A stretch of DNA of 64,000 bases from Adineta vaga (lineage: Eukaryota; Animalia; Rotifera), in NCBI GenBank assembly GCA_021613535.1, contig CP075494.1:13268001-13332000 (forward strand), written 5' to 3'. Below the pieces are notes generated by a model, which saw only the letters and a list, made by a program, of their open reading frames with translations, did not search any database and had not been told where the DNA came from. Positions within the stretch are counted from its first letter, which is position 1, and every line of letters begins with the position of its first letter. The translations under genes and the position numbers were made by a program. This document shows, piece after piece, positions 1 through 14,827 of the stretch.

Positions 1-292
1 TCCTAACCGGCATTGATTCTAATCAAATGATTGATTCAATTTAGTTGATTACGTCGAAGTAATGCTAATCAATTAAAAATTACCAAACAATATTGATTAA
101 CAAAACTTGGATATTTATATTGAATCGAGTGCTGATAGTAGAAATACGTGCTTCCACCACTTCCACACTCTCACACACGTAATTCTACCCCTGTCATTAT
201 TGAATCTCACACCCTCTGACATAATCTATAGCTAAACCAAGTTCATTTTTTCGTCTTCGATTAACAAAAGTGAAAAGCTACTGACTTAGCCT

Positions 293-822
293 ATATACCC
301 CTTCGAGTCCCAGTGGGACATATATGTCCCACCTAACCAAAACAAAAGATTCTCATGGAATTTGAAATATTTTTGAGGTTTTTTTAGCCTGAAAGTGGTA
401 TTTGTGTTTAAGTGCGCTAATATTCAGATGAATAGACTGTATCAAAAAGTCTACCATGGTATGCTCATTCGATTTGAGACACTGTCCTCAACAGTTCAAA
501 TTTCGAAAATCTTATATTTCGACTAATTAAGTTATAGTAACAGGATTTACTAAAAATACGCAGTCGTCGAGTGACCCCTATATACTTTCGAGTAAATGAA
601 GATGATTGATTTGATGATCCCCCACTGCAATAAGCGTAGTCGCCTAGTATTCGAACAATTTGAACGTCCTTGAAAAAACAGTTGACTGCGTATAGTATGA
701 TGGATTCGAATTCTGATTCCGATGAAACTCGATCTGACGAAAGTAGAAGTTCGACTACTTCTGATGAACTAGATACTAGTGATATAAACATATCGATGTT
801 AAATCACAGTTTTCTGTTGTAA
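293..822 (+). mobile_element. Possible degenerate piggyBac-like transposon left end
   Basis: TATA-CCCCTTCGAG resembles a TTAA-CCC terminus. It is followed by a perfect 20-bp palindrome GTGGGACATATATGTCCCAC (313-332) and a short acidic ORF at 697-822 (MMDSNSDSDETRSDESRSSTTSDELD), like the N-termini of piggyBac transposases. No catalytic domain or right end was seen. Confidence 0.3.
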
Positions 823-3141
823 CACAGGGTTTGCAATGGAAATCTATAACAAAGTGTACATGTACATTTTGTTTTTATCAATAAAGTGTAAAAATAAACT
901 TTGGTTCCAACAACAAAGTGTACAAAATAAATCAATTTTTTTTTCATCTAAAAAAACAAATAAAGTTCCTATAGCTTTGGTTGATTTTGATTCATCAATC
1001 AAAGATCTAAAATATAAATCAGAAAAATATTTCTCTTTACATCATTAAAAAGATAAGAGATTTACGTGAACTAGAAAACTACAGCGAGAATTAATGAATT
1101 CGATAAGGAGAAAGATGATGATAGAAGCAAAACTCGAGCTGTATAAAACCAATAATAAAATCATTCGAAAGAGGTCACAATCTAATAGTATATACAGATA
1201 ATTTTAATTTTATATAACATTTTCAAAAATATCATAATAAACCAAAGTGTAAAATTCTTTTTCAAAATGTACTGTGCACACTCCGGTTTTTTTAGCAAAG
1301 TGTAAAGTAGCGTGTACACTTGCCATTGCAAACATTGCTTCAAGTTGTAACATGGTCCGACATCTCGTAATACCATCTAAATGCTTAATATGATGTTTTA
1401 CTGAACTTATATTCAGTAAAAAGAATTTGGGACTCAAAAGGATACAAAAGGGTTCATTTCGCCATTGTAAAAGAGGTGGAGAATGTTATTCTTTCTGAAA
1501 CAAAAAGGATCTGTTCTCACATTGTAGAATCCTAGTTAGAGGAATAAAAGGAGAATCTATCTAACTATAGGACGCTTTTATTAATTTCAAAACAGTTGCG
1601 AAAGTTTCTCAACGTCTTCTATTCTAAGGCTGTTGTTGTCTTTCCCAAACATTTTCAATAATACATTTTCGTTTTTGACGAGACGTTTTGCATTTGCTAG
1701 AAAAATAATTCAAGTTTTCACGACAACATTGCGTTGTAGAGTTATGCCAAGTATACAAATTTATACAAAACATTTGCTCTGTCCGCTATTCATGAAAAGT
1801 TATCAGAAAAAAACTACTCACCCCACCATATCCATGAAAATGCTCGTTAGCAATTAAAGATAGATTATTAGTCGCACGACTTACGTTTTACTGTTTTCTT
1901 CATACGAAAAGAATTCTGCTTCGAATCCTTTCATGACACTATTTCTCCAAACAATATTTGTTTTACTAATGAAAAATGTGACACAAACTGCTCTGTGCGT
2001 TGGAAAGAAAAAACATTCAAGACGAAGAGAGAAACATAAACAGTTATAAAGAAAAAAACTACGCATTAGGATATTTTGGCATTGAAAAATACTCAGGTCG
2101 AAAAAAATTTGAAAACATCTGCTCCAACAATGCTAGTTCTCTTTAAATGTGGAACTATTTATCATTTATCTACATTTGAAATAAGAGGAAAACGAACTTT
2201 TTGTTCATCAATATCATCACTATAATTCTCTAAGGTCATTGTCAGGATGATGTGAAAAATCTAAAATATTGCATATAGCAACGATCATATATATTGACGG
2301 AAAAATGAAGATACCAAGCAGAGGTCAACCGTGCATATCTATCCTTTCATTGTCACCAACTATCATCTTCATTTAAAATTATCGTTAAATTCTCTAGTAG
2401 TTGAATTGATTTATCATATTCTAACCTTTCTTGGTACAGGAACAACCTTTCTATCATTACATAAAGTATGCAAACAATTGAAAACCATTATTGAATCCTA
2501 CCATTAATGTCAATTGAATTTTTCTCTCATCTCAAAATCGATTTTTTTTATTTATATCTCGTCTTATTCATTGTCAAAATATTATTGTTTTAACAATTTA
2601 TGATGGTCATAAAACTCGTGGTCAAATGCAATATTTTCTTCAATTATTTAATCTCGAACAAGAACGAGAAGATTTCAGATCTGTTCAGCGTGGACATGAT
2701 TTCCATCTTTGACTTGATGACAAACAATTTCGATAATCCAACGAAAAAAAAACTCGATTTTATTTTCCAAAATGAGATGAATAAATCCTTCCTTCTTTAA
2801 GAATACACAAAAGACAAGTTTATAGTAAACGAACTCCAGAGCATAAAAAGAAAAAAAATGTCAATCTTGTTTGACTAGGACCAATAACAAAACAAATAGT
2901 GCATAAGAAAGAAGAAGAAGAAGAAAATAATTTAAGGACAAGCATGCCTTCATTGTTACGTTTATATATATTTATATACAATCAAAGAGCACTCCAAATG
3001 ATAGAAAAAAAGAGAGTGTGTGTGAAGAAAAACAAAACCGATAGAGCACTGTTTCGAATGTATGTTGATGATACAAGAACAAAACAAAATCGAATCGCTA
3101 ATAACTGATTCAATGAAAAGAAGAAAAAGAAATCGAACTAG

Positions 3142-5426
3142 TTATGCATTATTATTATTGTTTTTATCATCTTGATTGTCTGTTGTTAATGGTGATGAAG
3201 TTGTTCGAGTTGATAAATGTTCTAAACGACGTCGACGAATAAGATCAGTATCATTTTCATCGACAACTGGAGTCGAAGGTGTAGTAAGAATTTCATTAAC
3301 ATCAGTTTGAAGATTTCTTAATATACGTGAACCATTTTCCATATTACTACAAAATAAAGAAATGTACGATTAATAACAGAACAAATTCGATAGACAAACC
3401 TTTGTGTCGATACGATATTCATGTATTGTTGCATTTGTATCATTGATGCATCTAATAGAGTTCGTACATTACGTAAACATTGAATACGTGCTTGAACATG
3501 AGCTAATTCAGCTCCTTCCATAGCTCGAATGGCTTCTTCAGACATTCCAGTAAAATTTACAGGTGGTAAAGGTGGAGGTGGGAAAGCTAATTAATATTAA
3601 CAAAAAATTATCGATTTTGTTTGTCTATTAGAAAAACATACCGAATGGTGGTAATACCATGGGAAATGAACCGAATGACATTTGTGGCATCATGAATGTT
3701 GGTGATGATGTTTGAGCAGTTGTTGGATTAAATGATGTAAAGTTAAAAACAGGTGGAATAGTTGATGAAGCTGCAGAAGGTGGAGGCGATGACGCTGAAG
3801 TTGATGAATGTGGCGCGGAAGATGCGCCTGGAGGAACTTGAGCTAAAACATTATGAAATTATTCACTATTGATCATTTTTTTCTATTTGCTCCTTTTACC
3901 TCCATTATTAGGTGCTTGACCTTGATATTGTTGCTGCTGCTGTTGTTGTTGAGGTTGTTGTGCTGCTCCTCCAGCAGGTGCATTTGCAGCTGCTCCTGCT
4001 GTTCGAGGAGCTGCTGGTCGTAAGACCGTTGTTCGACAAATAGGACCTAAATTTGAATTGATAATTTAGAAAAACTATTTGGTTGAACATTTTAACTTAC
4101 AAGTTTGTTGCCGTTGAAACCATGAGCGTAAACAATTTTTATGAAATATATGTTGACAACCAAGACGTTTAATACTTTGTTGTACTTGCATTTCTTCTCG
4201 ACATATAATACATGTCGTATCAGTAACATTAGCAAGTTCTTCTGCAGTTAAATCTGCATACATTGTATTTAAATTACGAATAGCTCGTCGTGATTCAATC
4301 ACATCACTACAAGATTTACGGAATGCTCTAAAAGAAAACAAATACACAATAGAAGAATATCAGGGGAAAAATATCAATACATACTTCATGGCAAGAAACA
4401 TTGGTCGAATGGCAAACAAAGGAAATGTATGAATTTTCATCATAACAATCATAAATATCATATAGAGTAACACACGAAAAAAGCCAAGAATAAGGTCCGA
4501 ATAAAGCATAAATACACCTTTATTTTCCCATTGTTCACCGGTACGAATTTCAACTGTATGTAGAATATATTTCATAGAAGTTGAAATAACAGTAACAAGC
4601 AGAATAGCATACTAAACGAAATTTTCATAAATGAATTCTCTATCAAAAAACAAGACACCTTGATCTTACTTCAAAACCAAATACAATTTGTACAGATGCT
4701 CCTCGTGTTATTGTATGTGAATATGCTGACAGAACGAAGAAATAATCCAAAAGAAATAGAACACTTGATAAACCTATACAAAAAAAATATATACTTTACG
4801 AATGAATAAGACAAAGAAAAAACTCACCAATAACCCGTGCGTGAAAGATTGGACCAAGGACAGGACTTTGTTCCATCTATAATCACAATTCATTCGGTAA
4901 AATTCAATATATTTTGAAATGTATCACTTACATAATCGATTCGATCTTCTAATAACCAGTGAAAACATTTTAGAAATAATAAAATAGCAAATAAACCAAC
5001 AAAACGTGGACTGAAATCATCTCGAAAAACAGTAAATGCTAAGCATGTTTCTGTTACTGAAAACCATGTACGATCATAAAGATGCTGGAAATAGAACAAT
5101 GAATAATCATATAGAAATTCATTTCATTCCACGAACCTCTGTTTCAATTGCTCGTAGTTGACCAAGAAATATTTTTTGAATAAGTTTACCAAATAGAATA
5201 ACGAATACGAATGCTTGTACATAAAGTACCTGAAGAGATAATTTATAGAATCGATTAAATCTTATATTGAATTATTTACTGCAAGACTTGTACTTGATTT
5301 TGTTAGGTAGACAACAGATGGATAAAATTGTTTTTTCGTATAAAAAGCATTTGTAACGACAGAAAATGTCATGAAGAAACTAAGCAATACTAAATATTCT
5401 GCTTTCATTGATGCAATTTGAGGCAT
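3142..5426 (-). CDS. SYVN1: E3 ubiquitin ligase synoviolin/HRD1 (multi-exon)
   Basis: N-terminal KKQFYPSVVYLTKS, then TETCLAFTVFRDDF, FPLFAIRPMFL, RING-H2 [32 protein letters not shown], a Pro-rich region and C-terminal IRRRRLEHL. Confidence 0.95.
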
Positions 5427-7707
5427 TTTTATTTTTAATTAAATAATGATCTGAAATATTAAAAGATTTCTTTTTCGATTATATTCTTTTCTCTGCAACT
5501 GTAATAGACACGTCGAATGAAATAGACAAATAAGAAATATAATGTCTCAAGCATGTTTTTCTACAATTGGTTATTTTGTTCCTCCAATAAATATCAAATT
5601 TTTAGTCGAAAGAGGTCTTCTTTTCGGATTATGATAAATTCGATTGAATGACAAATGCTTTAATTTCTATTCATTGTTTCCTTTTAAAAGCAATTCGATT
5701 TCATTAAAGAGAAATGCTCGTGTTTTTGTTCTTCTAATATTTCTGCATGCGTGCATCTTTGAAGAAATAGATTGTACCGATCAATATAGAAAAGTTCTTC
5801 TGCTATAGAGAAATTCACCTAGATTCTTTCACTTTCATTTACTCTCTTTCTGTTTTTCAGTATTGCATGACTTTTTTTAAAGGAAAACAACATGAATGAA
5901 CACTTGTTTTTTCTTCTTCTTCTTCTTCTTCTCTCAAACTAATTTCTTCATGATCAATATTCTCATTCGATCATCGAATGCTTCACTTACGTTGAGAAGC
6001 ACATTTATCTATAATAATATATTCGCATGAATGCTTTATATGCATTTATTTGATCAAATGAAGAGACACTCTAAATAGAGAGATCTATTCGATTTCGAAA
6101 AGATGCCAACATTAAATAAGTTTATGATGCAAATCGAAACAATGAAAGAAAACTTTGAGAAAAACATTTATCACAAGAAAAATGATTGACATGAATGAAT
6201 TATAGAATATTTGATGTAGTTGAATGAAGCATAATGAAAGGAGAAATGCTTTAATTACTGAAGAAGTTCATCATTTATTCGAATATGAAATGTAATTTTC
6301 TGATTATTAATCAAATTGCGTCAACTAGTTCGATTTGATTTCGTTGTCAAAGAGACTAAACCTAACTGATGATTATTTCGAGCATTTTCCTTTCTCTTTT
6401 TCATATCGAGATTTTGATGATTACATATCTGTTTTAGCATGACTGAATTCTTTTATCTTCCAACGCATCTGTCGTCGTCAATTTTTCAGTAACAAATAAA
6501 AAGATAAAATATTATTTCAAATGCATGATTGCGTGTATGTTGTTTAGATCGTTCCTTTTCTCCTTTGTTTATGTGTCATATGTAAAGAATGACGAATACA
6601 TGATAATATTCAAAGTACGAGATATAAGTCCAGCGTGGGTGTTGCGTCAGGTGATAAGTTTTTCGTACGTTTCAGTTTTATCAAATATCAGAATGACTTT
6701 TATGAGAAAAGAATAACGATAAGAAGAAAAGAAGAAAAAAAGACTTTCCAAGGAAATATTTTACCGTATTTTGAGCTACGAGTGATTTATGTATATGTCA
6801 GTTACCTTCGTCCTTTTTTTTTCTTTTTTTTTTCTTTAATGTATATAGACACACGAACACGTATGCTAGCTTGTTCTCAATAGTATTATAGAAGAAAAAG
6901 AGAAGAAAAAGAAAGAAAAAGAAAAGACTCGCCAGTTCCGTCTGATAACAAACGTTCTTTTCCCTCTTTTCCTTCTATTGCGGGTGTGAGCTCCGTTAGT
7001 CTGTCAAAAAAAAATATATTAAAAATAGAAACAAACTTCAATATCTGCTCATGTACTTCATTCATTTCAAGATATCCTCATAATTAATCAAGATAATTTA
7101 TGTGTAATATAGCAACAAGGAGTACTTATAGGAATTAGATACATATAGGTAAGATAATTTAATCATATTATAGAAAAACCAAGGTCAAAAATAGATAGAC
7201 TTGAAGAATGAGAGAGAGGGAGAGAGAGAGGGAGAGAAAGAAAAAAAAAAGAATGCTTTCAATTTCATTTCTATTCTCTTTTATTATGCCGTGCCTAATA
7301 TACATATATAACACGCACAGTAGGAGTAGAAATAGTAGTGAGACAATGAAGACAATTTCATTGTTGTCTTTTTCTTGACAAAAACAGATGTGGCAGTCTC
7401 CCATATCATCATCATTATCTTCATCGATCGTCGACATCGACGTGGGCAGACAACATGTCGTAAGAAAGAGAGAAAAACGCACACACGCATACAGAAAAAA
7501 AAATGAGAGGAAAAAAGAAATAACTGTCACATACGATAAAGATGTTCACACTGTTGATGAGTAGACTATTACTTCGAGAAATAACATCGTTTGCGTTTTT
7601 TTTCTGCCCTATCCTTTATTTTTTTTGCCTTAATAATGTTTATATTATAAACATACTTTCTGTTTTCTTTTTATATTTAAGTCACTTTCTTTTTTTCTAA
7701 AGAAAGA

Positions 7708-10410
7708 ATGGCAGAATCGGCTTCACCGACCATATCACGATCACCACATAAAATTGAATATCCATCATCGTTTCATACAACATTACCGTCACCAACCACA
7801 ATAACAAAACCGTATCATTCAAGTTTCGATTTTATTAGTGAGCCACGTGATTATGACACGTTAACAAATTACAATCAAGATAATAATTACACACCTCCTC
7901 GTACGTTAGAAAATGATTTACGTCAATTAGATATTGATGATTCTAATCGTCGTATAATTCAAACAAAACATAAAAAATTAGATCGAACAGAATCAATCTC
8001 ATTACCAACAACACCAACTGAACAGTTATCACCATCCTATGAACATAAATATCGTCGATTGATTGCTTTAAAAAATGGAATTAATAATAGTAATGATGAT
8101 GATGAACCAGAATTTACTTATCCATCTCCAAATGATTATATGAATGCTTTCACTGAACAAGATCTTCAACAGCAAGTATTAACATCACAAGTAAACGATG
8201 AATCCATATCCATTTCGAAGAAGTAATAATCAATCATCATGAAAAGTAAACTTTCAATATATTTTTTGTTTTATTTATTTAGAACATTAGAACCAACTTC
8301 CTCTTCTTCCTCTTCTTCAAATACATCATCCGAAATAAATTCCGCTATTACATATGGTATTGATTGGAGTGATCGTGCAACTCCAACATCACATTGTTGG
8401 TTTTCATATAAATTATCAGATCTATCTTCAGCTCAACCTTGTGGTTTTTTCTCATGTAAAGATCCTAAATCTAATCAATATACTGAATTTGTTCAGTGTG
8501 AATCATGTTCATTGATTGTACATACTCATCATCTTCTCGATTTACAAGCAACAACAACAACAAATTTCATTCCACCATGTCGTCCATCATTTTCTGAAGC
8601 GATCAATTCTAATTCATACAATCAGAAAGATATCAATGATCCAAATCGATTCGATCAACATTATTGGTCGCATGTTTCTCTTCTTACCAAACCATGTGCT
8701 CTATGTAAACGAAAATCAATGTCTAGTTCAATATTTGGTGGAAATCGACCTTCGACAATGCCATCATTAGATGCCATGAATAAAGGTACATCGAATAAAA
8801 GTCTCGGATGTGATAATGCAAGTCCGAAAATGTCTGGAACATCAAGTGGTTTTCAATGTTTGTGGTGCTTACGTGGTTATCATCGCCGGTGCTGGGATCA
8901 AATATTTAATCAAGATGAAAAGAATAAATGTGATTATGGAGTATTGAGGTAACATCGAATTGAATTGAATTGAATTGAATTGAAAAGTAAAGATAGAATT
9001 TGATCGATTATGTTCTTCTATAGGAATATTATTGTTCGACCACAATGGTTACGTCGTATTCCTGGTCCTCCATCTCATTTTCGTGCTCAATATCGTTTTC
9101 ATACATTGAATGATTCATCGACATCTACAGACAATTATACACCATTACTTCTTTTTATTAATAAACGTTCCGGTGGTCAAAGTGGAGAAAAAATCTATCG
9201 AAAATTATTACATCTTCTCAATCCTCGTCAAGTATTTCTACTCGAAAATGATGCAACTATTCTTCATGCTTTAGAAATCTATTCTTCATTATCAAATATT
9301 CGTATTTGTGTTTTCGGTGGAGATGGAACAGTTGGATGGATTCTTAGTTGTTTAGCAGAATTGTATCCATCTCTAAACAATCCACCTGTTAGTATATGTC
9401 CATTAGGAACAGGTAATGATTTATCACGCGTTCTATTATGGGGTGAACAATATGATTCCAAACGTTTATTATCTATTTTAACACAAATTCCTCATGCATT
9501 ATCAACAGCACTTGATCGTTGGCAAGTAACGATTGAACAAGTTGAAAATCGTAATGAAGAAAATGCTTCAACAACTCGAACATTTCTACCATTAATTAAT
9601 CATCCAAAATTTGTTCGTGATCGAAATCGTGCATCCTATCAAAATAATCGTGCATTACCAAATACACGTTTTATTAATTATATGAGCTTTGGTTTAGATG
9701 CAGCTATTGCTTTAGAATTTCATGAACGACGAAAACATGATCCAGGAAAATTTTCATCACCTTTAAAAAATAAATTAATGTATTTAAATGAAAGTCGAAA
9801 ATATTTAAATGATTTTGCACGTTCAAAAATGTGGAATTTAAGTTCTTATATACGTTTAATATGTGATGGAGAAGATCTAACTGATTCCATACGTAATTGT
9901 CATACATTATTAGTATTGAATATTCCATGTTATGCATCAGGTACGAACCCATGGGGTAAATCATCGAATGCTTCGTCAGCATCCTCTCAAACCATTATTA
10001 TTCAGAAAGATTGTGATTCATTTCAAGAAATATCTACAAGTTCAATTGAAATTATTGATTTACCAGCAAATACACATGAAGTTTATGAATTAGTGACATT
10101 AAATGATTGTCCTAATGATCAAATCAATATTCCATCAATTACAACAATAACAACTCCAATTGGTCGATTTGATCGTCAAGATTTTGGCGATAAAAAAGTT
10201 GAAGTTGTCGGTTTAAGTACAACACATATGGCCACGATTCATATGGGTTTTCGTGGTATACGTATTGCACAATGTAGTAATGTACGTATTGAAATATGTA
10301 GTCCAATGACAGCACAAATGGATGGTGAACCATTCTATTTACCGGAATCCGTTGCTGTCAATGTGGCACATGCTGGTCAAGTGTTAGTTTTACGAAATGA
10401 CAATAGATAA
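7708..10410 (+). CDS. Diacylglycerol kinase, zeta/iota-like (3 exons)
   Basis: DWSDRATPTSHCW followed by two C1-like Cys/His domains; catalytic PLLLFINKRSGG, GGDGTVGW, PLGTGNDLSR; accessory NYMSFGLDA and QMDGEPF. Confidence 0.92.
8957..8983. repeat. (GAATT)n microsatellite in a DGK intron
   Basis: About five tandem GAATT units. Confidence 0.8.
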
Positions 10411-11486
10411 ATATAATTCCATGTGTATAGTATATATCAATGAACTTGTTTTGTTAGATTTTGTTTTCTCATAATTTCTTTTTTCTCTATGTATGTGTGA
10501 ATGTTTTTTTTCCAATTGACTCAAAGAAAAAAAACAAACGAACAGATTTTCTAATGAGCGAAGCTCATTGTCTGTGAAAAAAAAGGAAGAAGTTTTTTTT
10601 TTCGGTTTTTCTCCGAACGAAAAGTTCGAAAGAATATCTTGAATACAGACTAATTGAAAAACTAGCATATAAATCTGTTCCTCGTTTTGTGAATATTGAT
10701 TCTATATGCATATGAATATCAGCACCTTGAATAATATAATCAAGATTATGCAAATCAAATCACGTCACATACTTGATTTGCGTCGATTTTCAGTGTTCCA
10801 TTCTGATTGGTAAACAACTTGTGGTAGATTAACGATAAAGATAAACACAGTTTCTTTTCTTCAAATGAACTTCTTCTCAAAATAGAAGTGAATATTTTGC
10901 TTTGTCATAACCACTCAGAATAAAACAATATCTTTTTTTTATTAATATTCTAACAATTTTATTGTATCACCTTTTCAAATGAGTCATTCGTCATTGAAAT
11001 AATGACTAAATTTAGTTAAGTATATGAATATTTAAAATTGCTCACACAATAGACATTTTTTCGAACCTTCTTCTAAATAAATAATAACCCGAAGAAGAGT
11101 TACATCTATTTAGATCAATGATTCATTTTTTCGATTATTCATATCCATCTGTTTATTCTCTTCTTCATAGAAAACAACACTTCGATCTATGATGTAAGAG
11201 AAATATGAGGAAATTAATGTAAACTGAATCAGCCATATATTTTTTTCTTACAGAATCATCATCTTACATTTGATTACATCATCCATCGTGTCGATGACTA
11301 ATTGTAATTACATAAAAGAAGTTTGCCACGTTTAACAAAAACACACGTTTTCTAGACTAAGTTTTATATTCATTGATTTGACTATGTTTTGTTTTTAATA
11401 ACAGATAGAACATTAAAAAAGAAAAACAATAACGATATATGCACAACATTCATAAACATATACAAAAAAAGCTAAAACCAAAATAA

Positions 11487-13169
11487 TTATTTTTCATGTT
11501 TTAGTTTCTTTTCATATTCTAATAATTGTCCCATAAAATTGAGATTGGGTGAAACAATTGAACGTTTTTTCTTCACGAAATCATATGCATCATTCATATT
11601 CATTTTTGCATAACGCATGAGAAAACCAATGACAATTGCGGGCGACCGACTAATACCAGCAACACAATGAACAAGAACTTTTTCGTTATTTTCAAGACAT
11701 TTATGAATAAATGAATAGGCTTGATCGAAATATTCTAATAGATTTTGTTTTTGTGTATCATCAGCAGGTAATTGACAGTATTGAAATTGTTCTGAATGAT
11801 ACAAAGGTACATGCGATGTAACATTCACAATCGATCGAATTTGTTCAGAAGATAATTCTTCGAGATTTTTCGCATTGAATTCACTACCAATGTATAATCC
11901 ATCGATAATATGTGTCATAGGATAATTATCGATATCAGAACGTTCAATTGTTGTTGATGGAAGTAGAAATGAATTGTGCGTTGGAGGTGCTGTTTGAGGT
12001 GGTGATGATTCATCAGAATGATTTGTTGGTGATGATGGACAAGATCGAGGTTGTAGAGATTCACATAAATGTGGATATAAATCAAAAAATTGATTAAATG
12101 GACAATTTAAAATAAGTATTGGAGGAAAATTAACTGTGGGACAACGTTGAATTTCTTCGCATGCACTTTTAAATGCTGCTGATAATTGCTCATCATCGGA
12201 TGATGTAGAAATCATACATTGACGTCGTGTACTCTTATTATCATCATAGAGAATGATGAAATGACTTTCATGTAATTGTTTGGAATCGATTGTTGACGGA
12301 TGATTTCCATTTGTTTTCAAACGTTTTCGAGATATTTTATCTGCTACACGAAGAAGAATAGAATTACGTATACGATGTTCACTATGACGAAACGGTGAAC
12401 CACAATCGAAAACTGTTAGAGGAATTTTTTCTTTTAATTTATCTGATAAATCAGTTGGCGAAATAAAACGAATCGATAATGATGATGATGATGGTAAAGA
12501 TTGGCTAGGAATTGTAGTAATAGGTGAACATGTCGGTGTAAATGTTAATGTCTGTGGACGAAGACGTTTGGCTGGCGGACACGAAAGTTCAGGCAAAGAT
12601 GTAAATTTTAATGGTGATAAGAGATTATCTTCCGTTGACGGAAATATACTCGGTGATGTCGATGGATGACTTAGGCACGTACGTAAAAGTGATAGTGAAT
12701 GATGTGCTGTTGTATTTGTTAATAGTAAGGATGTTGGTCGTGTGGGTGTTGTCGCTACTAGAAAATAAAGATAATTAATGTGTTTTTTCTGTTGCTTTTA
12801 TTTGTCAGAAATGAAAGATTTATTGAGATAAAAAGAAATTCAATTCTTACTTTTATTGATGGGCACAGCTTTTGATTGGCAGATGTTATCAGTTCTCGTT
12901 CTTGTTTTCTCACAAATCGTATTGTTGTATGTTTCAATTTCACTCAATCGTCGTTTTCTTGATGATGATGGTATTGATGATGATGATGATGATTCTTGAT
13001 CTGTTTTTTGTGATGAATCATTTATGATATTTGTCGTAAGAAAATTAAATGAACATCGATGACGATGAGGTTCCGAATTGGTTGATGATGGTGTTTGTTC
13101 CATTGTATTTGTTGTCTGACAATAGATTGGTGCTGTAGCTGATGCCTCTTCAACTATGCATGCAGCCAT
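11487..13169 (-). CDS. Dual-specificity MAP kinase phosphatase (rhodanese/KIM + DSP; 2 exons)
   Basis: Rhodanese-like DCGSPF..HIRNS with basic RKRLK docking motif; GLYIGS; catalytic VHCVAGISRS; SPNLNFMGQL. The start at MAACIV (13169) and the intron at ~12758-12849 are inferred. Confidence 0.92.
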
Positions 13170-13429
13170 GAACGAATAGGAAAGAAAAAGAAGAAGACAA
13201 AGAGAGTGATCTAGAATGTAGAAAAGTATAGGAAGGAAAAAAAATGAAACTAATCGATCGCTAGATGTAATGGATAAGTCTATGACCTTTAGCCGCTTAG
13301 AATTCAATCATGAAAAATATCGAAAGGCCACTTGCTTTTTTCAGGCTTTTTTCGCTTAAAAATGAAAAAATACGACTTTATTTAATGTCACTCATTCACT
13401 ATGTGTGTCTACAGGTCGTGTTAGTAGAA

Positions 13430-13733
13430 TGAGTCAGCAACGAAAGACATCATCGTATATATATATATATATTTATATAAAATTTTCTCTTCTCGTCTGT
13501 TCTGTTCTCTTCGATGTTGAGACGTAATGGATGAGTCATCATATGTCATAGAGGTTAAATCGAAAGCAACTGATAATATTGAAAAAAAAACTATCATTGC
13601 TAGCATTTACCATAGAGAATTTTATGAAAGAAAATCAAATTTTGACTCATACAGATCTTTCGAATCATCGGTAAAAACGAATGGGATTCATCTGATCTAT
13701 GACAATCCCCCTATGCTACCTTTTCTGACGTCA
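13430..13733 (-). promoter_or_regulatory. AP-1/CRE/ARE site cluster and TATA-like element upstream of the MAPK phosphatase
   Basis: TGAGTCA(GCA) at 13430, TGAGTCA at 13532, TGACTCA at 13643, TGACGTCA at 13726; TATATAAA near 13472-13482. Confidence 0.55.
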
Positions 13734-14827
13734 TTTTTTTCTATTTGAGTTTAAATAATATGCATAACAAAAAGAATAAAAACAAACAACACGTTTTCGC
13801 ACACGAGCGAAGCTCTACTATATTCAATTAAATCATAAATCACATGAATATTTCATTAGAGAACAACGAGAAGGACATGGACCATTTTTATGCTTTTTTC
13901 ATGGTCTCTTTATCGAAAAAAAATGTTACTCGTTACGGAAATGATTGTAATGCATTTCAAGACAAAATGTGATACATGATATGGCCTCAAAAGTGTAAAA
14001 CGAAAAAATCTAACAATAATTATCAATTCGAATAAGGAAGAAGTTGTAAACATAACGAATACGATCAAAAACTTTTCATGCATTGCTCTATGAATTCAGA
14101 CATTGGAAAAAATCATGTTAATGACAATAGTTGTATATATTTCAAAGCGAAATTTTTTGTCATATCTAATCAAAAACAGTGGTAGATCGGTCGTTTCACT
14201 CATCGCAATTAGTCATGTTTGTGCACTAATCATAGAAATTAACTTTTTGTTTTTCTTTAGAATAATTCTATCCTACGTGACGAGAAAACTAAGTCGTTGA
14301 GTCGATTTCAAATGGTTCGGAATAGATTCTATTCATATCGATGAATGATTAGAGGTTTATCCATTTACGTAAATCAATCAATAGAGAATCGATCAAGTGT
14401 ATACACGAGCATTTTTACTCAAATATTTGACGATAATGATGTCATTTGCCTACACAAATGATGTTTTTTTCTATATAATTTTAAAAAAAAAGAAACGAAT
14501 AAAATCGAAACTGTTTGCTTTCGAAATATATCCCTATTTTATTTATTCGCATACAGGCCTGACATATTCTTATAAAAAAAATGATTGAAATTAAAATGAA
14601 AGCATCATTTTTAAATCCTTTTTTTTCTTCATACCATATTTTTTACTTCAATATCTTGAATTTAATCTCAATTGTCGATTGTTTTGGTATTAAATTTCAG
14701 AAATGCATATATCCAAACAATCAATTCACTGCTAAATAACTTAACAGAAAAAAGAAAAGTACTTACATGATGATTTCCTACAAAAGCCGAGCATCAATAT
14801 CAATCGGCACTTTCGAAAAGACTCCAA

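Noticed and set aside
1180-2070. Short minus-strand ORFs with exon-like boundaries
   Set aside because: No recognisable family and interrupted by stops. Possibly a decayed gene, but I cannot support a call.
5430-7700. Hydrophobic ORFs in the SYVN1-DGK intergenic region (also 21100-23250 and 29400-31100)
   Set aside because: Translations of poly-T/poly-A and microsatellite tracts with no domain signal.
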